This document shows, in pieces, positions 9,921 to 19,636 of a stretch of DNA of 64,000 nucleotides. Within the stretch, counting starts at the first letter, position 1, and every line of letters starts with the position of its first letter. The DNA is from Candidatus Thorarchaeota archaeon (GTDB taxonomy: Archaea; Asgardarchaeota; Thorarchaeia; Thorarchaeales; Thorarchaeaceae), in assembly GCA_003345545.1 (NCBI GenBank), contig PRDH01000017.1, forward strand, positions 1 through 64,000, written 5' to 3'. The notes below the pieces were generated by a model. The model saw only the letters and a list, made by a program, of their open reading frames with translations, did no database searches and was not told the DNA's origin. The translations under genes and the position numbers were made by a program.

Positions 9921-9954
9921 AAAAAAAGGGTAGGGAGACCGTAATATGGTCTCC
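9921..9954 (-). terminator. Hairpin plus T7 tract downstream of 9966-10364
   Basis: GGAGACC (9934-9940), 7-nt loop, GGTCTCC (9948-9954); A7 at 9921-9927 gives a U tract on the minus strand. Confidence 0.6.
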
Positions 9955-9965
9955 TGGCTAGGGAT

Positions 9966-10364
9966 CTACTGATCTTCTAAAAGAAGTCCCGGAAGAAGGA
10001 TGAATAATCCAGGAAGGCTAAAGCCCATGAGTAGGTTGAGTATACCGACAATTGTAAATCCGGTTCTATGTCGGAGTGGTTCTTTCCGCCACATGTAGAT
10101 GATGGCGAGATAGATGATTTGGAGACCTGCTAAGATCCATATCACTATCGGGATTAGTAGTGGGTAATCTTGAATGAATGCTAGGACTGTAGGGTCGGTG
10201 ATGAAGGAGCCTAAGTCGATCATTGAGAATGCAAGGAGAACCCCAATCCCTGCAAATACCGTCAATATAATGGTTAGGACGATGAAGATTATCGCGAACC
10301 ACAATATTCTCTGTGCCGTTTCAGTTTTCATATATTTCTCTCCATTGGTGTTGTTGTCCACCAA
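9966..10364 (-). CDS. Hypothetical membrane protein (about 3 TM)
   Basis: Hydrophobic ORF followed by a terminator-like hairpin; alternative ATG at 10331. Confidence 0.7.
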   Translation of the reverse strand: MVDNNTNGEKYMKTETAQRILWFAIIFIVLTIILTVFAGIGVLLAFSMIDLGSFITDPTVLAFIQDYPLLIPIVIWILAGLQIIYLAIIYMWRKEPLRHRTGFTIVGILNLLMGFSLPGLFILLPGLLLEDQ

Positions 10365-10505
10365 CTGTCTTGTAATGATTAACTATATTTAATCACTTTG
10401 GTATAGTCGTGCTGACAAGGATGGCTTTCCATTCAGTTGTCTGCCTCCAGCTTTTTTGATTCTTGAGAACTTCTGGAGGTCAGTACTTTTCGTAGACTAT
10501 ATCTT

Positions 10506-12008
10506 TCATTCTTGTGGCTCTTTGTAGAGTTTCTGGTAAACCTTGGATGTCTTTCCTTCTTTCTGAAGACGATCAATGTACTCCTTTTCTTTCTGCAGAT
10601 GTATCTTGCCTAGTTCGACCTTCTTAGCGACCCACTCTTTGCCGTCCAGCCTGTACCATTTCCACAATGCGATTGCGCTGATTATGAAGCATAGTGCAGA
10701 AACTAATGCGTATCCTATCTGTATTCCAAGTATCGCTGAAGCTGATTGTACAGCCTGGGTATTATCAAATCCAAATCCACTAATGACCAGCAAGAACAAT
10801 GCATTAGCTATGGAGATAGCGGGTTTCGTGATCAGCGCGTTCATGCCTGCATAGGTTGTTTCCCGCCTCTTGCCAGTTAATATTTCATCGTTGTCGATCA
10901 CATCAGCCAATAACGGGGACCAAATCAAGATGACCGGCGCCAGACCTATTCCGACTACTACAAGACTGATCATTACTGCAACTAGCCAGCTACCTGAAAA
11001 ACATAGCAATATCAGACCCGCACTGGTTAGCATCAGCCCGATGATGTAGACCTTCTTCAAACCCCGTCGTTTCACCATTCTATCGGCAAGGAAACTGAAA
11101 AGTAGCATGAGGATAAAAATAACAAATAATGGGATAGAAGCCAGGAAACCCTGTAGCCTCAGCACGTATTGCACGAAATATATCATGGAGCCAATTACTA
11201 TCGTAAAAGCCATTTCATGAGGGAAATTCATGGCTTCGAATGCGAGAAACTCCCTATTCTTGACTGCCTTGACCATCGATTCAATGAAACCCAATGGCTC
11301 TTCAGTCCTTGCATACTCATTTTCGGTCAGGGCGTAACTCGAAAAGAACAAGACTACCCCAGCGACTATCGCTACTAGTACCATTACTGGCTGGAAGAGA
11401 GGATTCAGCTCGGTTGATGATTCACTGGTGAGTAAGATCAACGGGAGTACCATTCCCAATAGACCACCGAAAGATCCCAGAATCACGCTGTACAAGCTGA
11501 GATTGGACCTGGCTTCCTGCGTAATGCACATTTCAGCAGGCAGTGCAGTTATTACTAGTCCGACCATGGTGAACATGGAATCGAATAAGAAGAGGACCAG
11601 TAGCAGATTCCAGAACAGGGCTATTTCCGTGTTCTCCATGAGTGGGAACCAGCAAATAATGAAAGTAAGAACATAGAACGGTGCGCCGAAGCGCAGGACA
11701 GGGATTCGCCTGCCGATATCTGTATTGATCCTTTCTTGTAGAATACCGAACAAGGGGTCATTGAGAGCGTTCCAGAAGGCAAAAAGGAGCCAAGCAAGGG
11801 AAATCCATTCTTCGCTCAGACCTAGCACTATATTGTAATAAAACGTGATAGCGGAACCGAGAGCAATGACCTCAAGAAGGTTAATGGAAGCTTGAGATAG
11901 GCCAAAGGCTATCTTTGACTTTCTGGGTAGACGTTCGTCGAAAATCACAGTGAGATCTCTTTTCACTTCGTCTTCCATGTCTGTCATCTTGGATATTCTC
12001 TTAATCAA
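10506..12008 (-). CDS. MFS transporter, glycoside-pentoside-hexuronide (MelB-like) family
   Basis: WNALNDPLFG...IGRRIP, LADVIDNDEILTGKRRE..Y.G motifs; about 12 TM. Confidence 0.9.
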   Translation of the reverse strand: MIKRISKMTDMEDEVKRDLTVIFDERLPRKSKIAFGLSQASINLLEVIALGSAITFYYNIVLGLSEEWISLAWLLFAFWNALNDPLFGILQERINTDIGRRIPVLRFGAPFYVLTFIICWFPLMENTEIALFWNLLLVLFLFDSMFTMVGLVITALPAEMCITQEARSNLSLYSVILGSFGGLLGMVLPLILLTSESSTELNPLFQPVMVLVAIVAGVVLFFSSYALTENEYARTEEPLGFIESMVKAVKNREFLAFEAMNFPHEMAFTIVIGSMIYFVQYVLRLQGFLASIPLFVIFILMLLFSFLADRMVKRRGLKKVYIIGLMLTSAGLILLCFSGSWLVAVMISLVVVGIGLAPVILIWSPLLADVIDNDEILTGKRRETTYAGMNALITKPAISIANALFLLVISGFGFDNTQAVQSASAILGIQIGYALVSALCFIISAIALWKWYRLDGKEWVAKKVELGKIHLQKEKEYIDRLQKEGKTSKVYQKLYKEPQE

Positions 12009-12396
12009 CTACTGAAGTAGTAAGATTATCGGAGATAAAAGCCAATTGAAATACTATCGTAGTGATTGCATCTGGTATCACTGCATTTGAAAAGATATGC
12101 GCAGTTTTTGCCGACATACTTAAAACAAGAGTAGCGTTTGGAAGGTCTAGACGAGCCGGTTTGGCGGAGCAGCTACGCGAGAGACTGCAGATCTCTTCTA
12201 CCAGGGTGCAAATCCCTGAGCCGGCTCCATCGATTTCTTCCATATCTATTCCGGAATGAGTCCTGCGGTGCTCGAAGTCTTGTCGGAAACGTCAATAGCC
12301 ACCAAATATCGCCTGGTTGTGAAGCCCGCTAGACTGGAATGCATCATATACCAACTCTAAAAAGTGGATGTATGAGAAACAGGAATTGGTGGTTAA

Positions 12397-13095
12397 ATGA
12401 GTCAGGTACGGTTGCAGCACGGAAGAGGCAGCTTCTCTGTATTTACAATCCTTGCGTTCACGATTCTCAGCTTATTCTTCCTTCAAGCTGTGGATATAGC
12501 TTTTGTGCAACTTGGCATCCCAATATGGCTGGCTATCATAATTATTCCCGGCTCGCTATTAGGGAGCCTGATCAACATACCGCTATACACGATTGAATCA
12601 GACTCAACTCCCTGTACCGAGGCTCCACATGTTCAGTACTGGGGCGTTAGCTATCAAGTCGTTCAGCCTGATTGCCCTGGCAAGACCCGGATCAGCATCA
12701 ATTTGGGAGGCGCTGTCATTCCCGTCGCGGTGAGCACGTACCTCATATTCATGAATTTAGTTGCTTTCCTGCAATTCCTAATCGCTGTCACAGTTGTCAC
12801 GCTTGTTGTCCATAGAGTGGCAAGGATACAACCGGATGTTGGTATCCTCACTCCAGGATTCCTCCCCGCACTTGTGGCTGTCTTTGTGACTATAGTACTG
12901 CTAGCAGTCGCTCCGGGTGCGTATAATGGCTATGCAATAGCCTATGTGTCCGGAACACTTGGCACTCTCATAGGTGCGGATATCTTGAATCTAGGAAAAC
13001 TATCCAATCTCAGGACAGGAAGTGCCTCCATCGGGGGAGCTGGAACATGGGACGGCGTCTTTCTCACAGGCATTCTAGCTGTATTCTTGCTGTAG
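12397..13095 (+). CDS. DUF1614 family membrane protein
   Basis: GSLINIP, INLGGAVIP, AY..GTLGTLIGAD..NL, SIGGAGTWDGVFL.GI signature. Confidence 0.85.
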   Translation: MSQVRLQHGRGSFSVFTILAFTILSLFFLQAVDIAFVQLGIPIWLAIIIIPGSLLGSLINIPLYTIESDSTPCTEAPHVQYWGVSYQVVQPDCPGKTRISINLGGAVIPVAVSTYLIFMNLVAFLQFLIAVTVVTLVVHRVARIQPDVGILTPGFLPALVAVFVTIVLLAVAPGAYNGYAIAYVSGTLGTLIGADILNLGKLSNLRTGSASIGGAGTWDGVFLTGILAVFLL

Positions 13096-13112
13096 GCAGC
13101 CCATCGATGGTC

Positions 13113-13200
13113 ATTCAGTGATGAGCTGTGCAAACGCGTAGCATCCGTGCAAATCCCGGGCTCTTGCGCATGATGGCCCTTTCTGCAGCAGAGGACTGAG
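13113..13200 (+). ncRNA. Candidate structured RNA (three hairpins closed by a short stem; C/D-box-like words)
   Basis: Hand-folded stems with G-U pairs on the + strand; GTGATGA at 13118, ATGATGG at 13170, CTGA at 13196. No family assigned. Confidence 0.25.
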
Positions 13201-13278
13201 TTTCCTTAGCAAATGTTTGAAGTGATAGTTTTATTAGATTTCTTGACGAATGTCTAGTCAACCATTTGTCGAGGGAAA

Positions 13279-13932
13279 GTGTTGCCAGAAAGAGGGATGC
13301 ACGCAGAGCCGCCAAATGCAATAGAGTTGGATATCATCCGCTCCTTTGGCTGGTCCATTGTGGAGTTAGAGGAGACCCTATACGAGCGCTTTCTGCATTT
13401 GTCAGCCGCGCGCTCTCTTGTCCCTCGGGATACATTCCAGTCGCACCTTAGAGAGATGGAGGCCAAGGGATTCATTTCTCCAGTACGCCTTCATGGCATG
13501 AAGGGGTACAAACGGCTCCTGGCAGACAAGGATCTCGGGAAGTCTGTGTATCCGAATGTTCCGCTGGATGAGATCCGTCTTGCCTTGGGTAGTGTCAAAG
13601 CCAGACCTGCGTTAGAGAAGGCAAGGGCATCTACTAGGGTATCAGAAGACCTTTTCTCAAGTTCAGAAAGTGTCGGAGTGGCAATCCAAGCCGCGCTGGA
13701 GAACTGCATGCTGCGTGAAACTGGTCGGATCAGCAAAGGAGCAGTTCACGAGCACATGAAGAACATGTGTCAAGCCCTGAGCAAATCAGAGGAAGATCTC
13801 TTCGAGTACATTCGAGATCAAACGCCTGGTATTCTCATCGAGGTTGGTCAGATTCTAAGGTCTCACGGACCTGATTTTCTTCTCCTATCCTTGCGATTGA
13901 CTGAGGCTAACATAAGAAAGTACAGCTACTGA
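13279..13932 (+). CDS. Hypothetical protein with possible N-terminal winged helix
   Basis: F..HLREMEAKGFISPV....KGYKR resembles a recognition helix plus wing. Confidence 0.6.
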   Translation: MLPERGMHAEPPNAIELDIIRSFGWSIVELEETLYERFLHLSAARSLVPRDTFQSHLREMEAKGFISPVRLHGMKGYKRLLADKDLGKSVYPNVPLDEIRLALGSVKARPALEKARASTRVSEDLFSSSESVGVAIQAALENCMLRETGRISKGAVHEHMKNMCQALSKSEEDLFEYIRDQTPGILIEVGQILRSHGPDFLLLSLRLTEANIRKYSY

Positions 13933-14087
13933 CACACGCAGAAATACTCCACGCATCACGGAAAGCACCGGGTGGCAGCTCTATCTGCTGCTCTCCTCTC
14001 CGAGCCAGCTATATGATTCCGGAGTCATCGGGTAGAACGATTTCAGGCCAGAATCTGGAAGGAGAGAGCAAGAATAGCCAAGCATTT

Positions 14088-15167
14088 CTACTTCTTCTTA
14101 ACGGCGATGATAACTGCCGCCACAATGAGTGTACCTGCAGCGACGAGTCCTAGTGTAAGTGGATCAACTGCATAGTTCATGCCAACAGAGAAACTCACAG
14201 ACTCTCTCTCAATCTCAAGAGTGTGATTCGTATCCTCGACTTCGATATCGACTACAAACTCACCGTTTGCCGAAGCAGTGAATTGACCCGAATACACTCC
14301 ATCGTCATCATCATCGAGGAGTTCGATGATATCAGTGAGCGTCCTATTGTTTTTGGTATATACTCGAGCATTTACCTCTGAGATGTTTTGATTGCCTGAG
14401 GATATTGCCACAGGTTGGTCATCAAGGTCTGTGATCTCCGCAGTGATGGTAAAGGTGGTACCAATAGGTGCTGTCAGAGGTTCAATGCTTGCTGATTCCT
14501 TGAATGAATAACCCAATCCCTCCCGCACCAGAGCTAGGCAGACTTCCTCTGTTGGTGCAGCTTCATTTCCTCCTCCAGTCGGGCCTCCACCAGTGCCGCC
14601 TGTGATGAAGCGATTGTCTATGACTGTGCGGTATCCTGTTCTCACTATTGCTCCGGCCTCTGCCATGTACACATTAGCGGCTAGATAGCCGACAACACTT
14701 GAACCATTCACGATATTGTCTGCATCTGCAAGAACCCTGTTACCAATGCAGACTGCAGCGATTAAGAGACCATTATCGTGGGCATATTCTATGGACTCAA
14801 GCGCCCTCGGACTTTGGACTAGGCTGTTCCACTGGCCGCCAGAAGGAATGAATAATGCATCAAACTGATTCAGAATATTGTTGTCGACCTGATTCAGGAG
14901 TAGGTCTGCAATTGTTCCTCGAGGTTCTTGGTTCAAACATGAGGGCACATCGGTATCCAAGGAGTCGGCAATTGTGGTGACATTGACTCCCCATGATTCA
15001 AGCAACTCCATTGCGTCAAAGTAATTCCACCCGAAGTAATCTGCAATGAGCATCAGCACCTTGATATCACTGATTGCCTGACCCTGTACTGCGGGCATGA
15101 GAACTGGGACTGGAACAACAGAAATCATCACAACTAGGGAAAGTAGAGTAATTGCTTTGAGTTTCAA
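14088..15167 (-). CDS. Exported DJ-1/PfpI-family protein with Ig-like domain and C-terminal membrane anchor
   Basis: Signal peptide; KVLMLI, DALFIPSGG, IAAVCIG nucleophile elbow, D.RFITG; LLDDDDDGVYSG; terminal TM plus KKK. Confidence 0.75.
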   Translation of the reverse strand: MKLKAITLLSLVVMISVVPVPVLMPAVQGQAISDIKVLMLIADYFGWNYFDAMELLESWGVNVTTIADSLDTDVPSCLNQEPRGTIADLLLNQVDNNILNQFDALFIPSGGQWNSLVQSPRALESIEYAHDNGLLIAAVCIGNRVLADADNIVNGSSVVGYLAANVYMAEAGAIVRTGYRTVIDNRFITGGTGGGPTGGGNEAAPTEEVCLALVREGLGYSFKESASIEPLTAPIGTTFTITAEITDLDDQPVAISSGNQNISEVNARVYTKNNRTLTDIIELLDDDDDGVYSGQFTASANGEFVVDIEVEDTNHTLEIERESVSFSVGMNYAVDPLTLGLVAAGTLIVAAVIIAVKKK

Positions 15168-15299
15168 TGGAATCCAAACTCGTTGCGTTCCTCTCCTATA
15201 TTAGGAGCTGGTTTAACGCTGCTTCTGTTCGCACTCTAATCCTCCAAAGCGCGAATCTGGACACACATGGAAAAGTCTTCTGACCTACATCCGTTCACT

Positions 15300-16694
15300 C
15301 TAGCCTACTATAGAGAAATCGTCGAAGACAAGAGTCGGCATGTTTATGCCATAGGGAATAAGGAGGGGATCGTTTCCCACTTCTCGAAGATTCTTGAGTC
15401 CCTCATAGTAGTTGCCAGCGACTGAAACGGGCTCAACGGGCCCCTTCAGTTCTCCATTCTCGACCAAGAATGCAGATGTTGCCACACAGGAGAAGTCCCC
15501 TGTCTCTACACTTGAATGGAAGATACCGAGAGGAAAGTCGCGGATTAGTATTGCCTTTCCATCGATGGAGGAAATGATATCGTCTTCATTCTTCTTTCCA
15601 GGCACCACTTCCAGCCACTTCGTGGATGCTGTAGGTCTACTCTCATAGGGAGTGCCTCCACCAAAAACACTTCCACCTCTCGTGCAATTGCCGGTAGATT
15701 CAAGGCCATAGGCTTTTCCGAAGTAGTTGTCAAACAGGAAGTTCTTCAGTATGCCTCTTTCTACAATTGGATTTCTCCTCTGCGGAATTCCTTCTGCATC
15801 TATTGCATCTGTTTCCAATCCTAGGGGATCTTGGCCATCATCGATAATCGAGAACTTCTTTGAAGCAATTGTGTCTCCAATCCTATCGCAGAGCGGGGAC
15901 ACTCCATCGACCACTGGCCTGCCGACAGCGGACTGAGCCAAGCTGGATAGAACGTAGAGTGCGGCTGGGAGCGGAGTCCAAATTGTCTGCATCTTTGCTG
16001 TAACACCCATTTTCTTGGCGCCTAGAAGACTGATCGCGCGTATCGCAGCGTTTCTGCCCACGCCTTCAGTGTGGCAGATTCGTTCTCTGGAGGCATCAAA
16101 ATCCAAGGCGCCTTTGCGCTCTTCTCCACTAATTGCATAGACATTCACCTGACAGGAGTTTCTGTTTTTGCGTGTTGCACGAAGTACTCCTCGTGTGTTG
16201 CCAATTGCGTAGCTACCCCATGATGCTTTTGCCCCTGCAGTCACAACTCTGACTCTGGAGTCCACTGCTCTGGCTTCCTCAACTATCTCATGACAACTCC
16301 TGATGAGGTCATCAGTACCGAGTGTCAGAATTTCATCAGCAAAAGCTCCCTCTCTTCCGGCTCCCTGTGGATCAGCGAAACCCTGAAATCGATTGTCCTC
16401 GACATTCACACTATTGATTACGGCAAGGGCTTCTTTTGCAGCCTGTTTCACTCTCTCGATTGAGATTCCGCTTACCACAGCAAAACCTACCCGTTTCCCC
16501 CTAGCCGCTCGAACCGCACTACCAGCCACTGCTCCATCTTGAGCAGTCACAACGCCCTGATCAATTTCTGCATTCATCCTGTTTTCAAAGTGCACATATA
16601 TCTCAAACTCTGCAGAACTGTCCAGCCCTTTGACATACTTGAGGCCTGTATCAGTAATTGAGAGCAGTTCATCTTTTACGTTATCGAAATCCAT
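15300..16694 (-). CDS. pmbA: TldE/PmbA family protein
   Basis: DAEG.P, G.L..FL.D.Y, STGN..R, TGDFS, F.VENGE..GPV; no HExxH; adjacent to tldD. Confidence 0.85.
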   Translation of the reverse strand: MDFDNVKDELLSITDTGLKYVKGLDSSAEFEIYVHFENRMNAEIDQGVVTAQDGAVAGSAVRAARGKRVGFAVVSGISIERVKQAAKEALAVINSVNVEDNRFQGFADPQGAGREGAFADEILTLGTDDLIRSCHEIVEEARAVDSRVRVVTAGAKASWGSYAIGNTRGVLRATRKNRNSCQVNVYAISGEERKGALDFDASRERICHTEGVGRNAAIRAISLLGAKKMGVTAKMQTIWTPLPAALYVLSSLAQSAVGRPVVDGVSPLCDRIGDTIASKKFSIIDDGQDPLGLETDAIDAEGIPQRRNPIVERGILKNFLFDNYFGKAYGLESTGNCTRGGSVFGGGTPYESRPTASTKWLEVVPGKKNEDDIISSIDGKAILIRDFPLGIFHSSVETGDFSCVATSAFLVENGELKGPVEPVSVAGNYYEGLKNLREVGNDPLLIPYGINMPTLVFDDFSIVG

Positions 16695-16712
16695 TCATGA
16701 CCACCTCAGTAA

Positions 16713-18137
16713 TCATACCTCGCCGCCGAACGTGACATCATTGATGACGAGCTTGGGACCTCCCATACCCACAGGAAGAGGAAATTGATCACCCTTACCG
16801 CACCCCCCGAAATATCCGGATCGGAGTCTCAACTCTTTTGTTGCTCCTTCAACTCTGGAGAGTAGCTGGAGGATGTTACCTGAAAGAGAAACCTCTCGAA
16901 TCGGGTATTGGACTGCTCCGTTTTCGACCCAATATCCTCTGTCTGCCTTGAAGAGAAAACTACCATCCCCCTCGACCTGGCCGCCCGATGTTTGAATTGC
17001 ATAGATCCCCGTCCCGAGCAGCTCTAGTGCTTCTTCTTCGCTAAGTGTACCAGGAGAGAAGTATGTGTTGGTCATTCTTGGAATAGGCGGAAATACGAAA
17101 CTCACGGCCCTTGCATTTCCTGTCGGTTGCTGGTCTAGTTTCTTTGCTGTGCCCCTGTTGTGCAGGTAATGCCGCAGAACGCCTCTATCCAGAACTACTG
17201 TCTGATTTGCAGCTGTACCCTGGTCATCGTATGGAACCCACAATCCACCATGTTTCTTGATATCAGGGGTTCCACCGTCAATGATCGTTGCATGTTCTGT
17301 ACCCAGTGCTTTTCCGATTTTCTCAGTCAGTGGCGAACCTCCTGTCACAATGAAGTCCGCCTCACTAAGATGGCCAAACGACTCGTGAGCCAACACTCCA
17401 ACAAGTTCTTCCTCAACTAGGGCACGAAAGCTGCCTGCAGGGCAAGCCTTCGCTGAAAGCTGCTCTCTTGCCCACTTGCCAGCGTTTTCGCCTAGCTTTT
17501 CCGGAGTAGACTCACCTCGCTCAAACTCCTCAAGACCCAGTGTTCCGCCCCTTCTGTCTGATCCATTGACCATGGCTCCTGTATCCGTCTTTGATGTGAC
17601 TAATATGGTCAAATCTGTGACAAGGAATTCCCAACTGAGAGCGGCACCGTCACTGTTTGCAAACATCTTTGGACCGAACAGCTCTCCCCATAGCCCTCGG
17701 ACACTCCGAATGTTCTCGCCGTACTCCCTCGCGGACTCTACGGTTCTGTTGACCAAATCAATCTTGTGGCTGAGGTCTCTCTCCCTCGGGTGTATTCTCA
17801 CTTTATGTGTGTCCGTTTTCTTGCTCTTCGCAGCAGGTCTGCCATCAAAGGGCAGTTTCAGTGTTGCAGCGCTACTGGATGCCTTCGCCATTCTATATGC
17901 CTTCTCTGCGGCCAATCGAATGTCCTTTGTATCTTGACTGGACGTGAATGAAAAGCCTGAGGCGCCATCCACATACGCAGTAATGGCAAATCCCATTCTT
18001 GATTTGACTTGGATGTCCTGCCATGTGTCGTCAATCCGCTGAAGCGTTCTCAGTGTAAGATCATCGTATCTCGCTTCTATGAAATCTGCACCAAGATTCT
18101 CGCCAATATGGACACATTCCTGTAATTGATCCAGCAT
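16713..18137 (-). CDS. tldD: TldD metalloprotease
   Basis: HESFGH.SEAD, YDDQG, PTGNAR, PIPRMTNT, GCGKG.Q..PVG.GGP. Confidence 0.9.
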   Translation of the reverse strand: MLDQLQECVHIGENLGADFIEARYDDLTLRTLQRIDDTWQDIQVKSRMGFAITAYVDGASGFSFTSSQDTKDIRLAAEKAYRMAKASSSAATLKLPFDGRPAAKSKKTDTHKVRIHPRERDLSHKIDLVNRTVESAREYGENIRSVRGLWGELFGPKMFANSDGAALSWEFLVTDLTILVTSKTDTGAMVNGSDRRGGTLGLEEFERGESTPEKLGENAGKWAREQLSAKACPAGSFRALVEEELVGVLAHESFGHLSEADFIVTGGSPLTEKIGKALGTEHATIIDGGTPDIKKHGGLWVPYDDQGTAANQTVVLDRGVLRHYLHNRGTAKKLDQQPTGNARAVSFVFPPIPRMTNTYFSPGTLSEEEALELLGTGIYAIQTSGGQVEGDGSFLFKADRGYWVENGAVQYPIREVSLSGNILQLLSRVEGATKELRLRSGYFGGCGKGDQFPLPVGMGGPKLVINDVTFGGEV

Positions 18138-18358
18138 ATCTTTGGAACCTCACTATCATCAAGTGATTCAGGATGCATGAAACTGGTCACTACCTATTGA
18201 GCTTCTGGTCATTACTGCCCACTGGGTGGCCACTCAGGAAAATGCGAGCTCGTGGCTAGGTATCATTTGGCATCCGTATTCTGGCGAGTGAATACTAGCC
18301 TGCTCTTAAAGGATGGCTCCAGAGCAGAGTTTGTGTAAAGTGACTATTTCCTGCCTGC

Positions 18359-19108
18359 TTACAAGATTCTGTACCAGTAGTCGTACATGGTTTCGAAACC
18401 CATTGATTCGTAGAGCTCCAGAGCTTCTGTGTTGCTTGCTTCGACCTGAATAAATGCTCTTGCTGCCCCGAGGTCCTCCCCCCACATCACCAGACCGCAG
18501 GTGACAGACCATCCAACACCACGATGCTGATACTCCGGAATTGTTCTGATAGAGAAGAGACCAAGCCATTTCTCTCTGACTACACCAAGACCCACTCCTG
18601 CAATCTTGCCGTCAATCATGACGCGAGCAATTCCCTTTTCACCCTCGATTCTGTTGATGATTCCTCGCCTCGCCTCGATAGCAGCTTCTCCCATCCCTGA
18701 TTCGTACATCAGTGTATTGATGGAGTCATCATTGACCTTGATGATGTCGACAGGAACCTTAGGGTAGAAACTGGACAATTCATCAATAGACATCGTCTGA
18801 ATATGGGTCAACCTACCTTTTTCAAAGCCCATATTTGCGAGGCCTTCATCTATATCCTTGGGTTCGCTCGCCTCAGTGACTTTGAAAGCAGGTGGCGTTC
18901 CTCTCTGGTTATAGAATGCGATGACGTGTCTTATTGCCTCCTCAAGTTGCACCTCTTCGATTGACCCAAGCGGAAGGACACTATTGGCTCTCCATGTTAT
19001 GCCGTCATTCCAGTTCATTATCCACCCTGTGTACCTCTCAGTTTCTCTCGCCGGCCAGAACTGGGCTGTCAGATATTCCATCTCTTTGATGTCCTTGGAT
19101 GACACCAT
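18359..19108 (-). CDS. GNAT N-acetyltransferase
   Basis: RANSV N-terminal motif; T.PEYQHRGVG, QV...N..A..LY..MGF. Confidence 0.85.
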   Translation of the reverse strand: MVSSKDIKEMEYLTAQFWPARETERYTGWIMNWNDGITWRANSVLPLGSIEEVQLEEAIRHVIAFYNQRGTPPAFKVTEASEPKDIDEGLANMGFEKGRLTHIQTMSIDELSSFYPKVPVDIIKVNDDSINTLMYESGMGEAAIEARRGIINRIEGEKGIARVMIDGKIAGVGLGVVREKWLGLFSIRTIPEYQHRGVGWSVTCGLVMWGEDLGAARAFIQVEASNTEALELYESMGFETMYDYWYRIL

Positions 19109-19213
19109 ATCGATTCCCTACTATTCCTGCGTACGATGTTCACACTTATAGTAGTTTCATCCAGCTCTGCCAGAACGATATACTTATTATTCACAATAGT
19201 TAAAACCTGGCCC

Positions 19214-19582
19214 ATGTCACGAGTAATTCATTTTGAGATTCTTGCAGATGATGCTAAGCGCATCTCTCGATTCTATGAGAGAGTATTCGGATGGACAGTT
19301 CAGAAGTGGAATGGGCCTATTGACTACTGGTTTCTTATGACCGGAGATCCAAAGGAACCAGGTATTGATGGTGCCTTTGCAATGAGACAAGGTCCCGATG
19401 ATTTCAACGTAAACACAATCGGCGTTCCCTCGATTGATGATGCTATCAAGAGGATTACCAAGAATGGTGGCAAGATCATTCGACCAAAAAGCACGCTGCC
19501 TGGCGTGGGCTATCTTGCTTACTTCAAAGATACAGAAGGCAACATCTGGGGCATAATGCAGAGTGATACTTCTGCAAAGTGA
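19214..19582 (+). CDS. VOC/glyoxalase family protein
   Basis: HFEI.ADD...FY..VFGW, V.SIDD.......GG, F.DTEGN..G; ATG at 19214. Confidence 0.9.
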   Translation: MSRVIHFEILADDAKRISRFYERVFGWTVQKWNGPIDYWFLMTGDPKEPGIDGAFAMRQGPDDFNVNTIGVPSIDDAIKRITKNGGKIIRPKSTLPGVGYLAYFKDTEGNIWGIMQSDTSAK

Positions 19583-19591
19583 ACGATAAAA

Positions 19592-19615
19592 CGCAAGACC
19601 TTTCTTGCGGGTCTC
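19592..19615. promoter_or_regulatory. Inverted repeat plus GGTCTC site upstream of the methyltransferase genes
   Basis: CGCAAGA-CCTT-TCTTGCG (19592-19609) immediately followed by GGTCTC (19610-19615). Confidence 0.3.
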
Positions 19616-19636
19616 ACGACAGTCTGATGACCCATC

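Noticed and set aside
12001-12396. Short ORFs between the GPH transporter and the DUF1614 gene
   Set aside because: They overlap each other, have no recognisable motif and lie in a divergent promoter region.
13118-13199. Hammerhead ribozyme or SECIS reading of the structured element
   Set aside because: The core reads GUGAUGA rather than CUGAUGA with no GAAA partner, and the 3' GA of a SECIS quartet is missing.
13933-14087. Imperfect inverted repeats between convergent genes
   Set aside because: The pairing is short and low-complexity (CT/AG-rich) and cannot be distinguished from chance.
15300-18137. TldD/TldE as part of a RiPP cluster
   Set aside because: No precursor, YcaO or rSAM gene is adjacent; the pair is a common housekeeping locus.
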